From a virus: a stretch of 51,046 nucleotides of DNA. Made by a program: the position numbers and the translations under genes. Shown piece by piece: positions 27,513-35,485 of this stretch. The stretch lies in the UHGV virus genome UHGV-1266211. One strand, given 5' to 3'. The notes beneath the pieces are model-generated. The model searched no databases. It saw only the letters and a list, made by a program, of their open reading frames with translations, and was not told where the DNA came from. Position 1 is the first letter of the stretch, and every line of letters starts with the position of its first letter.

Positions 27513-28616
27513 ATGGCACGCACCGTCAATGACCGCCTGCAGGACGAGACCATAGCGCATGGCCTTTATGTGACGCGCTACGGCACCGGCGTCGCCCGGC
27601 GCATGGTCGCGTTGCTGAATAGGATGGATGCTGACCTGGCCGCAAAACTGCTGGTGCTGCTGGACGGAAAGCGCGCTGATACCTATAGCGCCCGTCGTCT
27701 GGCATCGCTGCTGGCTGGCGTGCGCGACCTGAATCAGCAGGCCTATGAACCGGTTAATGCTGCGCTGACGCGCGAACTGACGCGCTACGTTGAATATGAG
27801 ACCGGGTATCAGCTGGACCTGTTCAGCAGCATCATCCCTAAACAGATCCTCAAGCATGTGCCGCTCCAGAGCATTGCGGCAGAACAGGTTTACGCCTCAG
27901 CAGTGGCGCAGCCCTTTCAGGGGCGGTTGCTGAAAGAGTGGAGTCAGAAGCTTGAATTGGATCGGCTGGACAAAATCACCAACGCTGTACGCTCCGGTTT
28001 CCTCCAGGGCGAAACGGTAGAGCAGATTGTCCGGCGCGTAGCGGGTACGCCGCAGAGAAATCGCGAGGACGGGGTGATCAACACATCCCGTCGCGACCTG
28101 GCGGTGGTGACCCGCACCGCGGTGAATCACATGGCCGCCACGGCGCGTCAGGAATTCGCCCAGGCAAATAGCGATATCGTGAAGGCCAAACAGTGGTCCT
28201 CAACCCTGGATACGCATACCAGCCAGTGGTGCATCATCCGCGACCGCAAACTCTATACGCTCGATGGCAAGCCGCTGGGGCATGAAATTCCCTACCTACG
28301 CGGGCCGGGAAAAATCCATTTTCTATGCAGGTCCTGCGAAATCCTGCTCACGAAGTCGTGGGAAGAATTGCAGATAGCGTCAGGCGAGCTGAGTAGCGCC
28401 ACACGCGCCTCAATGGACGGCCAAGTACCAGCGCATACCAGCTACGCCGATTGGCTCACCCGGCAGCCATACGCGCGGCAGGAGCAGGTGCTGGGCGTTA
28501 CCCGCGCCATGATACTTCGGGACGGCAAAATCACCGTGCCGGAGATGTTCAACGATGCCGGGGAGTTCCTGACCCTGGACGAACTGCGCCGCGTGGATGC
28601 ATCGGCTTTTGAATAA
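27513..28616 (+). CDS. Head morphogenesis protein (Mu gpF / SPP1 gp7 family)
   Basis: ...TSQWCIIRD ... HFLCRSCE... characteristic C-terminal Cys pattern. Confidence 0.8.
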   Translation: MARTVNDRLQDETIAHGLYVTRYGTGVARRMVALLNRMDADLAAKLLVLLDGKRADTYSARRLASLLAGVRDLNQQAYEPVNAALTRELTRYVEYETGYQLDLFSSIIPKQILKHVPLQSIAAEQVYASAVAQPFQGRLLKEWSQKLELDRLDKITNAVRSGFLQGETVEQIVRRVAGTPQRNREDGVINTSRRDLAVVTRTAVNHMAATARQEFAQANSDIVKAKQWSSTLDTHTSQWCIIRDRKLYTLDGKPLGHEIPYLRGPGKIHFLCRSCEILLTKSWEELQIASGELSSATRASMDGQVPAHTSYADWLTRQPYARQEQVLGVTRAMILRDGKITVPEMFNDAGEFLTLDELRRVDASAFE

Positions 28617-28636
28617 CTGAATAAGGTAATAAAACA

Positions 28637-29101
28637 ATGACTCAACATATTGGCGTGAAGCTCATCAATGCTTACCCGATGACCCGTCTGGCATATAACG
28701 ACTTTCGTGGTTGGGAGTTACCAAGTGACGAAAACGGAAGTGATGAAGGTTATCTCGTCGAGTATCTGGATGGCGGAAAGCCAAATACCGATCGCTTCAA
28801 CGGGTATGTGAGCTGGAGTCCGAAAGATGTGTTCGACAAAGCCTACCGACCAGTGGCGGGGCTTAGCTTCGGACTGGCTGTCGAAGCCCTGAAATCAGGC
28901 AAGCGTGTCACCCGCGCAGGCTGGAACGGCAAGGGCCTGTGGCTTGAGCTGGTCCAGCAGTCGCCATCTGTGGACCTGCCGTACATTCGTTTAATTTATC
29001 CGGTGCCGGGCAATGGTGCTATGCCATACCCAAATGGCGCTCGCGTGCCTTGGGCACCAAGCCAAACCGACGTCTTGGCTGATGACTGGCAAATTCTCTA
29101 A
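28637..29101 (+). CDS. DUF2829-like protein (Tad2-like candidate)
   Basis: ...GLSFGLAVEALKSGKRVTRAGWNGKGLWLEL... resembles the DUF2829 core motif. Confidence 0.5.
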   Translation: MTQHIGVKLINAYPMTRLAYNDFRGWELPSDENGSDEGYLVEYLDGGKPNTDRFNGYVSWSPKDVFDKAYRPVAGLSFGLAVEALKSGKRVTRAGWNGKGLWLELVQQSPSVDLPYIRLIYPVPGNGAMPYPNGARVPWAPSQTDVLADDWQIL

Positions 29102-29124
29102 ACCAGTTGCTTGGGGGGTGGTCT

Positions 29125-29334
29125 ATGCGAGATGACGATTTTCACCATGTGGGCGATGGCCGCGGTAAGCGCCGAGTGTTCGTTAACGGCAACGAGGTCA
29201 AACGCTGCATATGGGCGGATGTTAAGCGAGGAATCGCATGCTTCTATCCATATCCACTCCGGGTCCACAAGCGCAAGCGGGATGAGGTCTATTCCCGCAA
29301 GCTACGCGGCGTAGTAACCGTCGAATTTATCTAA
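29125..29334 (+). CDS. Hypothetical small basic protein
   Basis: 69 aa. Confidence 0.4.
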   Translation: MRDDDFHHVGDGRGKRRVFVNGNEVKRCIWADVKRGIACFYPYPLRVHKRKRDEVYSRKLRGVVTVEFI

Positions 29335-29442
29335 CAGGCTTCCTCCGGGTGGCCTTTTTTATGCCTGCCGCTGAGCGGATGCGACGCGGTGCCCGGGTCG
29401 GATGACCCATTACGTATGGCCGGAAGGCTGGAGCAAAAAACA

Positions 29443-30195
29443 ATGAAACTGAAACTTGATGCTAACGGAAATGTGGTCGTTGAAAACGGTATGCCTGTGT
29501 ACATCCATGATGATGGCAAAGAGATCCCGTTCGATGCGGTCGCAGCGATGACCAAAATCACCTCACTGAATGGCGAGGCGAAAACTCACCGCGAAGCGAA
29601 GGAAGCGGCGGAAGCCAATCTCGCGAAATTCTCGGGCATCACCGACCCGGCCAAGGCGCTCGAAGCCCTGGAGATGATGACCAAAATCGACCAGAAAAAA
29701 CTGATCGATGCTGGTGCCGTTGACCAGGTAAAGGCGGAGATCACCAAAGTTTTCCAACAGCAGCTGGACGAAGCGAACAGCAAGACCCAGCAGCTGGAAA
29801 CTCAACTCTACGACGAGATGATCGGCGGCCGCTTCGGTGGTTCGAAATTCATCTCCGAGAAGATGGCGATCCCGGCTGAGTTCGTGCGCTCCCACTTCGG
29901 GCAGAACTTCAAAATCGAAGATGGCAAGGTCGTGGCTTACGACGGGCAGGGCAATAAGGTGTTCTCCCGTACCAAACCCGGTGAACTGGCTGGCTTCGAT
30001 GAAGCGCTGGAATCTCTGGTCGAGTTGCATCCGCAGAAAGACTACATCCTCAAAGCGTCCGGCAACAGCGGCGGTGGTTCTCACCAGTCGCAGCACCAGG
30101 CCGGGCAAAAAACCATGAAACGCGATGCGTTTGATTCCCTGGATAACGCTGGCAAGCAAGCAGCGCTGAAAGACGGCGTCAGCATCGTCGATTAA
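29443..30195 (+). CDS. Scaffolding protein (putative)
   Basis: Alpha-helical, charged, directly upstream of the coat protein. Confidence 0.55.
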   Translation: MKLKLDANGNVVVENGMPVYIHDDGKEIPFDAVAAMTKITSLNGEAKTHREAKEAAEANLAKFSGITDPAKALEALEMMTKIDQKKLIDAGAVDQVKAEITKVFQQQLDEANSKTQQLETQLYDEMIGGRFGGSKFISEKMAIPAEFVRSHFGQNFKIEDGKVVAYDGQGNKVFSRTKPGELAGFDEALESLVELHPQKDYILKASGNSGGGSHQSQHQAGQKTMKRDAFDSLDNAGKQAALKDGVSIVD

Positions 30196-30212
30196 ATCGA
30201 AAGGAGCCATAA

Positions 30213-31352
30213 ATGGCAGGCAATACCCTTACTGGTCTGATCCCGACCATCTATACCGCGCTGGACGTAGTGTCCCGCGAGCAAACTGGTTTTATTCCTG
30301 CGGTGGCGCGTGACGCGAAAGCGGATGCTGCTGCAAAAGACCAGACCGTACGTGCGCCAGTCGCACCTGCAGCCACTACTGAAGATATTGTCCCTGGTCC
30401 GTCAGCACCTAATTCTGGCGACCAGACCATCGGTGGTGTGGATGTCAAAATCACCAAATCCAAGATGGCCCCGGTCAAATGGAATGGTGAAGAGCAATTG
30501 GCTTTGGGCCCGGCTGGTACCTACAACACCATCCTGGCTGACCAGTTCAAGCAGGCTTTCCGAGCGCTGGCGAATGAAGTGGATGCAGACCTCGCTGCGC
30601 TGTACCTCAACTCCTCCCGCGCTGTTGGCGTGCCGAAGAATACCCCGTTCAGCATCAAAGACGATCTGACTGATGCTGCGTTGGCGCGTCAAATCCTGAC
30701 CGATAACGGTGCGCCGACTACTGATTTGCGTATGGTGCTGGGTGGCGAAGCGATGGCATCCATCCGTGGTAAACAGGCTGTACTCTTCAAAGCGAACGAA
30801 GCGGGAACCGACCAGCTGCTGCGTGAAGGTGTTATCGGTCGCATCATGGGCTTCAACCTCCACGAATCCTTCAGCATCAAGCGTACCGCGAAAAGCGCTG
30901 CTGCTGGCTATAAGGTCAATGGCGAGAAGAAAGAGGGCGATATCATCATCGCTATCTCTGCCGGCACCGGCGGTATTGCTGCAGGTACTGCGGTGAAGTT
31001 CGCTGGTGATGACAATCAGTATCTGGTTGTTGCGGCTACGTCTTCCACTATCACCATCAGCGCGCCGGGGCTCCGTCAGGATCTGGCAGACCAGGCTGAT
31101 GTCACTGTGTTGAGCGAATTTGTACCGAACATGGCGTTTGACCGCGGGGCATTCCTGCTGGCCAGCCGTACCCCGGCGATGCCTGAAGGTGGCGATACTG
31201 CTGATGACGTCATGAATGTGACCGACCCGGTATCTGGCATCACCTTCCAGGTGGCGCTGTACCGCCAGTACCGTCAGGTGCGTTATGAAGTGGGCCTAGC
31301 ATGGGGTGTGGCTGCTGTGGCGCCACGTCATTCCGCCATCATCATGGGTTAA
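30213..31352 (+). CDS. Major capsid protein (P22 coat-protein-like)
   Basis: 379 aa, AAGGAG RBS, position after scaffold, followed by a strong terminator. Confidence 0.8.
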   Translation: MAGNTLTGLIPTIYTALDVVSREQTGFIPAVARDAKADAAAKDQTVRAPVAPAATTEDIVPGPSAPNSGDQTIGGVDVKITKSKMAPVKWNGEEQLALGPAGTYNTILADQFKQAFRALANEVDADLAALYLNSSRAVGVPKNTPFSIKDDLTDAALARQILTDNGAPTTDLRMVLGGEAMASIRGKQAVLFKANEAGTDQLLREGVIGRIMGFNLHESFSIKRTAKSAAAGYKVNGEKKEGDIIIAISAGTGGIAAGTAVKFAGDDNQYLVVAATSSTITISAPGLRQDLADQADVTVLSEFVPNMAFDRGAFLLASRTPAMPEGGDTADDVMNVTDPVSGITFQVALYRQYRQVRYEVGLAWGVAAVAPRHSAIIMG

Positions 31353-31356
31353 CCCA

Positions 31357-31379
31357 GGGGGCTTCGGCCCCTTTGTTTT
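31357..31379 (+). terminator. Rho-independent terminator after the coat gene
   Basis: ggggc-ttcg-gcccc plus TTTGTTTT. Confidence 0.6.
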
Positions 31380-31390
31380 CAGGAGGCCCA

Positions 31391-31591
31391 ATGGCCGGAT
31401 TAACCAAAGAGCAGCGCGCGCAGCGTGAGGCTGAAAAGCTTGCCGCGCAGAACGGCGCTGAACAAACAGGTATTGAGCTGGTGGCTATGATGCGAGATAC
31501 CCCGGAGTTCCCCGGCGGTCCGCTGAGCGCTGAGGTTCACCCTGACGAAGTCGATAACTGGCTGGCGCTGGACTGGCGACTGGAGGAGTAA
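31391..31591 (+). CDS. Hypothetical small head protein
   Basis: AGGAGG RBS, 66 aa. Confidence 0.45.
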   Translation: MAGLTKEQRAQREAEKLAAQNGAEQTGIELVAMMRDTPEFPGGPLSAEVHPDEVDNWLALDWRLEE

Positions 31592-31593
31592 CT

Positions 31594-31905
31594 GTGAGCG
31601 ATAAAGATATTGAGCAGGAAATTCAGGCCAAAGGCTTGAACGCGCCGCGCGTTACGCTGGGCGAGTTGAAGGCGAATATTAAGCATGCCGAGATCGTGAA
31701 GCACGTATCCGTCACCGGGCAGGTGCTTCGCTGGGCGGTCATCACCACTCAAAACGGATTCGCAGTAACAGGGAATCCGTCGTGCTCAGTTTCCTCCGCT
31801 AACGACAACGCTGAAATTGGCGAGAAAATTGCTATTGAGAACGCCGAAAGCGAGTTGTGGGCGTTGATGGGATATGCGTTAAAGCAGAAGCTTTTCGAAG
31901 CCTGA
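31594..31905 (+). CDS. Gp49-like small structural protein (tentative)
   Basis: GTG start; ...VLRWAVITTQNGFAVTG...AEIGEKIAIENA... Confidence 0.45.
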   Translation: MSDKDIEQEIQAKGLNAPRVTLGELKANIKHAEIVKHVSVTGQVLRWAVITTQNGFAVTGNPSCSVSSANDNAEIGEKIAIENAESELWALMGYALKQKLFEA

Positions 31906-31918
31906 GAGGAGCTCTGAG

Positions 31919-32401
31919 ATGATTAATGCCGATCCCCATTCGTCTGACTTCAACAGCTATGCCAGCGTTGGTGATCTGCGCGCGTTCGCTGCGGGGCGCG
32001 GATACACCATCCCTGCTGAAGATGGCGAATGCAGCCAGATGCTGATGCAGGCAATGGACTTTCTGGAAGGGAAGGCCTGGCGCGGTCAGCGTTCCAGCGC
32101 ATCACAGCCTCTATCCTGGCCGCGTTCCGGCGTGCGCTTCGATGGTGTTGACCTGTCGAATGATGCGATTCCACAGCGCCTGATTGATGCTCAATGTCGC
32201 CTGGCCATCGAATCGCAGGAGATTGACCTCACCCCGTCGGTCGCTGGCGGTGGGGCGGTTACGATGGAGCGCGTCGAGGGTGCGGTAACAGTCCAGTATG
32301 AGCCGGGAACGAATAAAGCTTCTCCGTCATTCCCATGGTTCTATTCCGCACTGCGCGGGCTTGTAGTGGGCGGCAACCAGGTCCGGGTCGAAAGGGGGTA
32401 G
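31919..32401 (+). CDS. Head-tail connector / head completion protein (putative)
   Basis: Position in head-tail joining block. Confidence 0.45.
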   Translation: MINADPHSSDFNSYASVGDLRAFAAGRGYTIPAEDGECSQMLMQAMDFLEGKAWRGQRSSASQPLSWPRSGVRFDGVDLSNDAIPQRLIDAQCRLAIESQEIDLTPSVAGGGAVTMERVEGAVTVQYEPGTNKASPSFPWFYSALRGLVVGGNQVRVERG

Positions 32402-32402
32402 C

Positions 32403-32756
32403 ATGGCAATCGACTATCGCCGCATGCGCGCGACCGCGACCCGACTGCTGACCGAGAACGGGAAGGCATATCAGCTTACCCGCGGCGGCGGCACCATCCG
32501 TGACCAGTTCGGCAAAGAGGTCACCACCCCGGCCATTACCGCGACCGTAACCGGTGTTATCACCGAATACTCCTCCCGCGAAATCGACGGTTCCCTGATC
32601 GCCACCGGCGACAAGAAGCTGGCGGCCACTTTCGAGACGGAAGTGCGCATCGATGACCGCATCGAAATCGACGGCAAAAAATGGCGCGTGGTGCAGCCGA
32701 ATCCGGTTAAGCCTGCCGATGTGCTGATTTCCTACAACATCCAACTGAGGGCGTAA
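32403..32756 (+). CDS. Head-tail joining protein (putative)
   Basis: 117 aa, position. Confidence 0.45.
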   Translation: MAIDYRRMRATATRLLTENGKAYQLTRGGGTIRDQFGKEVTTPAITATVTGVITEYSSREIDGSLIATGDKKLAATFETEVRIDDRIEIDGKKWRVVQPNPVKPADVLISYNIQLRA

Positions 32757-32758
32757 CT

Positions 32759-33358
32759 ATGGCAAGTTCTGCTAATCAGCCGTTCCTGGCTGCTATTCAG
32801 CTGTTCGTTGATGGCTCAAAGCAGGAGATTGACGAGGCGGTGCGCCGGACGGGTATCAAAATCCTCGCTCAACTGGTTGAGATGTCCCCGGTGGGCCAAC
32901 CGGATATCTGGCAGGTCAACCAGACCGCGACGGCGTACAACACTGCGGTGCGGGAGCATAACGCGACCCTGCGTGATGACCCGGCTAATCTGACCAAATC
33001 AGGACGACTTAAGCGCGGCCTGCGCGTCAACGACTCGATGGACATCAAAAAGCCTGAGGGCTATGTCGGCGGGCGGTTTAAAAACAACTGGTATGTGGGC
33101 TTTGACAGCCAGCCAAGCCAATCCAACGACACCCCCGACGCTTCCGGCCAGGGTTCCAACTCCCGCGGTCTGGCAGTGCTCGAGGTGTTCCGGGTAGGGC
33201 AGGTCAGCTCGATTTTCTTCACCAATAATCTGCCATATGCGGCAGCACTGGAGAACGGGCATTCCGGCCAGGCACCCGGCGGCATGGTGGGCATCACTGC
33301 GCTGGATGCCGCGCAGTTGTTCCGTGAGGCAATGAGCGAGGTGCGCAATGGCCAGTGA
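32759..33358 (+). CDS. Tail completion protein (HK97 gp10-like, putative)
   Basis: 199 aa, position. Confidence 0.45.
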   Translation: MASSANQPFLAAIQLFVDGSKQEIDEAVRRTGIKILAQLVEMSPVGQPDIWQVNQTATAYNTAVREHNATLRDDPANLTKSGRLKRGLRVNDSMDIKKPEGYVGGRFKNNWYVGFDSQPSQSNDTPDASGQGSNSRGLAVLEVFRVGQVSSIFFTNNLPYAAALENGHSGQAPGGMVGITALDAAQLFREAMSEVRNGQ

Positions 33359-33797
33359 CCAGTCAATGCGAATTGCTGAACTACTGGAGAGCCGCATTGC
33401 GGTTATCTGCTTATCGCTTGGGCTGCCCGTAGCCTGGCCGAACATACCGTTTACTCCCCCGGATAGCTCACCATACGGGCGTGTTTATGTTCTGCCGGCA
33501 CAGACGGTGGGGCAAGACCTGGAAGGTCAATTGCGAACCTATCAGGGCATCCTGCAGCTCAACATCATTGCGCCAGCAGGCAGCGGCGTGACGCAGGCCA
33601 GAGGGCTGGCTAAATCTGTCGCTGATGCGTTTCCTGAAGGGCTTGCGCTGGTGGATGGTGACCTGACTGTTTATATCAATGGGCCGCCGCAGGTGAGACA
33701 ACCCATCCAGGACCGGCCAACCTCGGCGTCCAACGGGTCCAGTGGCTCCATAACCTACACCATTCCCGTCAGCATGCAGTACCGCGCTGACTACTGA
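33348..33797 (+). CDS. Tail terminator protein (putative)
   Basis: 149 aa immediately upstream of the major tail protein. Confidence 0.5.
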   Translation: MASDQSMRIAELLESRIAVICLSLGLPVAWPNIPFTPPDSSPYGRVYVLPAQTVGQDLEGQLRTYQGILQLNIIAPAGSGVTQARGLAKSVADAFPEGLALVDGDLTVYINGPPQVRQPIQDRPTSASNGSSGSITYTIPVSMQYRADY

Positions 33798-33820
33798 CCC
33801 GCCAGATGGCGGGTTTTTTA
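33798..33820 (+). terminator. Rho-independent terminator
   Basis: cccgcc-agat-ggcggg plus T6. Confidence 0.6.
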
Positions 33821-33843
33821 TTACCTAAATTCAGGAGAGTGCT

Positions 33844-34776
33844 ATGACATTCGCAATCCCTAACGGCTCGCGTGTTAACGTGGCCAAGGCCTATCAGGCT
33901 CCCATCACCTTTACCGCTGCCTCTAACGCTACTGAATGCGAACTGACTGTTGCATCTGCCGCTGGCATCCTGGCGGGCGACGTAGTGCAGGTGAGCTCCG
34001 GCTGGCTAAAACTCGATAATATGGTGCTGCGCGTTAAATCCGTAGCCGGTACCAAAATCGTGCTGGATTCGTTCGATACCTCTGACACCACCAAATTCCC
34101 GGCAGGCACTGGCGCGGGCACGCTGCGTAAAATCGACACGTGGATCACGATGCCGCAGGTGATGACCCTCTCCACAGAGGGTGGTGACCAGCAGACCATC
34201 AGCGTGCAGTTCCTTGAAGACGATAAGGCCCGTACCATCCCGACCTTCAAAAACGCCGTGGTGCAGGTCTACACCTTCGCGCACGATCCGCTGCTGGCAA
34301 TTTACAAGCGTCTGAGTGAACTTGACGAATCCAGCGACACCACTGCTGTGTGGTTCCATAACCCGCGCGGCAAAGCGGACCGTTATTACTCTGCCAAAGT
34401 GTCTTTCCAGAAGGTGCCTAAGACCGAAATCAACGCCGTGGAAAGCAACGAAGCGCGCATGAACTTCGAATCGGATATGCAGATTTACCCGATCGCCGAT
34501 TCATCCGTTACGCCGCTGGCGTTCCTGACTGATCTGCCATCAACCAAAGCAGTTAGTGTTGGAGATGCGCTCGATTTAGCCGTCGTTATGCAAGGCGGCT
34601 CAGCCCCTTACACCTACGTGTGGAAGAAAGGAAGCTCCGCAATTCCGGGCAAAACCGCCTCGACGTTCAACATTCCATCTGTGGCATCCGGTGATGCTGG
34701 CTCTTACACCTGCGAAGTCACTGACGCGGCGGGCAAAACTATCACCTCTGCTGCTTGCACCGTCACGGTCAGCTAA
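33844..34776 (+). CDS. Major tail protein with C-terminal Ig-like domain
   Basis: 310 aa; C-terminal ...YTYVWKKGSS...GSYTCEVTDAAG... Ig-like pattern. Confidence 0.75.
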   Translation: MTFAIPNGSRVNVAKAYQAPITFTAASNATECELTVASAAGILAGDVVQVSSGWLKLDNMVLRVKSVAGTKIVLDSFDTSDTTKFPAGTGAGTLRKIDTWITMPQVMTLSTEGGDQQTISVQFLEDDKARTIPTFKNAVVQVYTFAHDPLLAIYKRLSELDESSDTTAVWFHNPRGKADRYYSAKVSFQKVPKTEINAVESNEARMNFESDMQIYPIADSSVTPLAFLTDLPSTKAVSVGDALDLAVVMQGGSAPYTYVWKKGSSAIPGKTASTFNIPSVASGDAGSYTCEVTDAAGKTITSAACTVTVS

Positions 34777-34783
34777 CCACTCG

Positions 34784-34806
34784 AGCCCGGTACGCCGGGC
34801 TTTCTT
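34784..34806 (+). terminator. Rho-independent terminator after the major tail gene
   Basis: agcccgg-tacg-ccgggct plus T-run. Confidence 0.6.
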
Positions 34807-34841
34807 CGCTACTGAAACCAAAGTCTTTCTTAGGAATCGAA

Positions 34842-35180
34842 ATGACCAAATTTTCCCTGATCCCCAACCCAACTTTTTCTGTGACCGCGAGCATTCCGCG
34901 CGCTGGCGCCGAAGACGGCAAGCTGACGTTCACTTTCCGCCATAAGACGCTGGGAGAGCTGCGCTCCATGGACGAGAAGCTGCAAAAGGCCGCCGAAGGT
35001 AAAAAGGATGCTATCGAGCCACAGGCCGACTACCTCATGGAAATTGTCGAGGGGTGGGCGCTTCCCGATGAGTTCAACCGCGAAAACGTTATTGTCCTTC
35101 TGCGGAACTATCCACGCGCGTTCGACAGCATCGGTCTGGCATACACCAAAGAGCTGATGGGTATCCGCGAAAAAAACTGA
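34842..35180 (+). CDS. Tail assembly chaperone G
   Basis: 112 aa ending at the slippery site; position before the tape measure gene. Confidence 0.7.
   Translation: MTKFSLIPNPTFSVTASIPRAGAEDGKLTFTFRHKTLGELRSMDEKLQKAAEGKKDAIEPQADYLMEIVEGWALPDEFNRENVIVLLRNYPRAFDSIGLAYTKELMGIREKN
35171..35177 (+). promoter_or_regulatory. Programmed -1 ribosomal frameshift slippery heptamer A_AAA_AAC (G to G-T)
   Basis: Heptamer in G zero frame two codons before the G stop; -1 frame stays open to 35485. Confidence 0.6.
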
Positions 35181-35485
35181 GGCAGGTCGCCGCAGCATTG
35201 TATACGCCGGGACCGACGCTCGCGGAGCTGAGCGCTTTTGGTTTGACGCCTGAGGACGTGGAGGAAGAGGTGGGGATCCTGCCCTCGGTGTGGAGGTCCT
35301 TCACCATCTTCTCTTCCCTGGCGACCCAGTGGCGAGTCGGCGCGAGCGGGGCGACCGGCCTTGATTACAACGTTCTCCCCTGGATGTTCGAGTTACACGG
35401 GGTTGAGGATGCGGCGGCCTGCATGGCTGACCTTCAAATTATGGAAAGCGAGGCTCTCAAGGTAATGCATAAGGAGACGAAATAA
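35177..35485 (+). CDS. T extension of the G-T frameshift product
   Basis: -1 frame open from slippery site; ends with ATGA overlap at the tape measure start. Confidence 0.6.
   Translation: MRQVAAALYTPGPTLAELSAFGLTPEDVEEEVGILPSVWRSFTIFSSLATQWRVGASGATGLDYNVLPWMFELHGVEDAAACMADLQIMESEALKVMHKETK

Noticed and set aside
29563-30210. 215-aa minus-strand ORF opposite the scaffold gene and other antisense ORFs across the capsid, tape measure and J genes
   Set aside because: Antisense shadows within a tightly packed plus-strand late operon.
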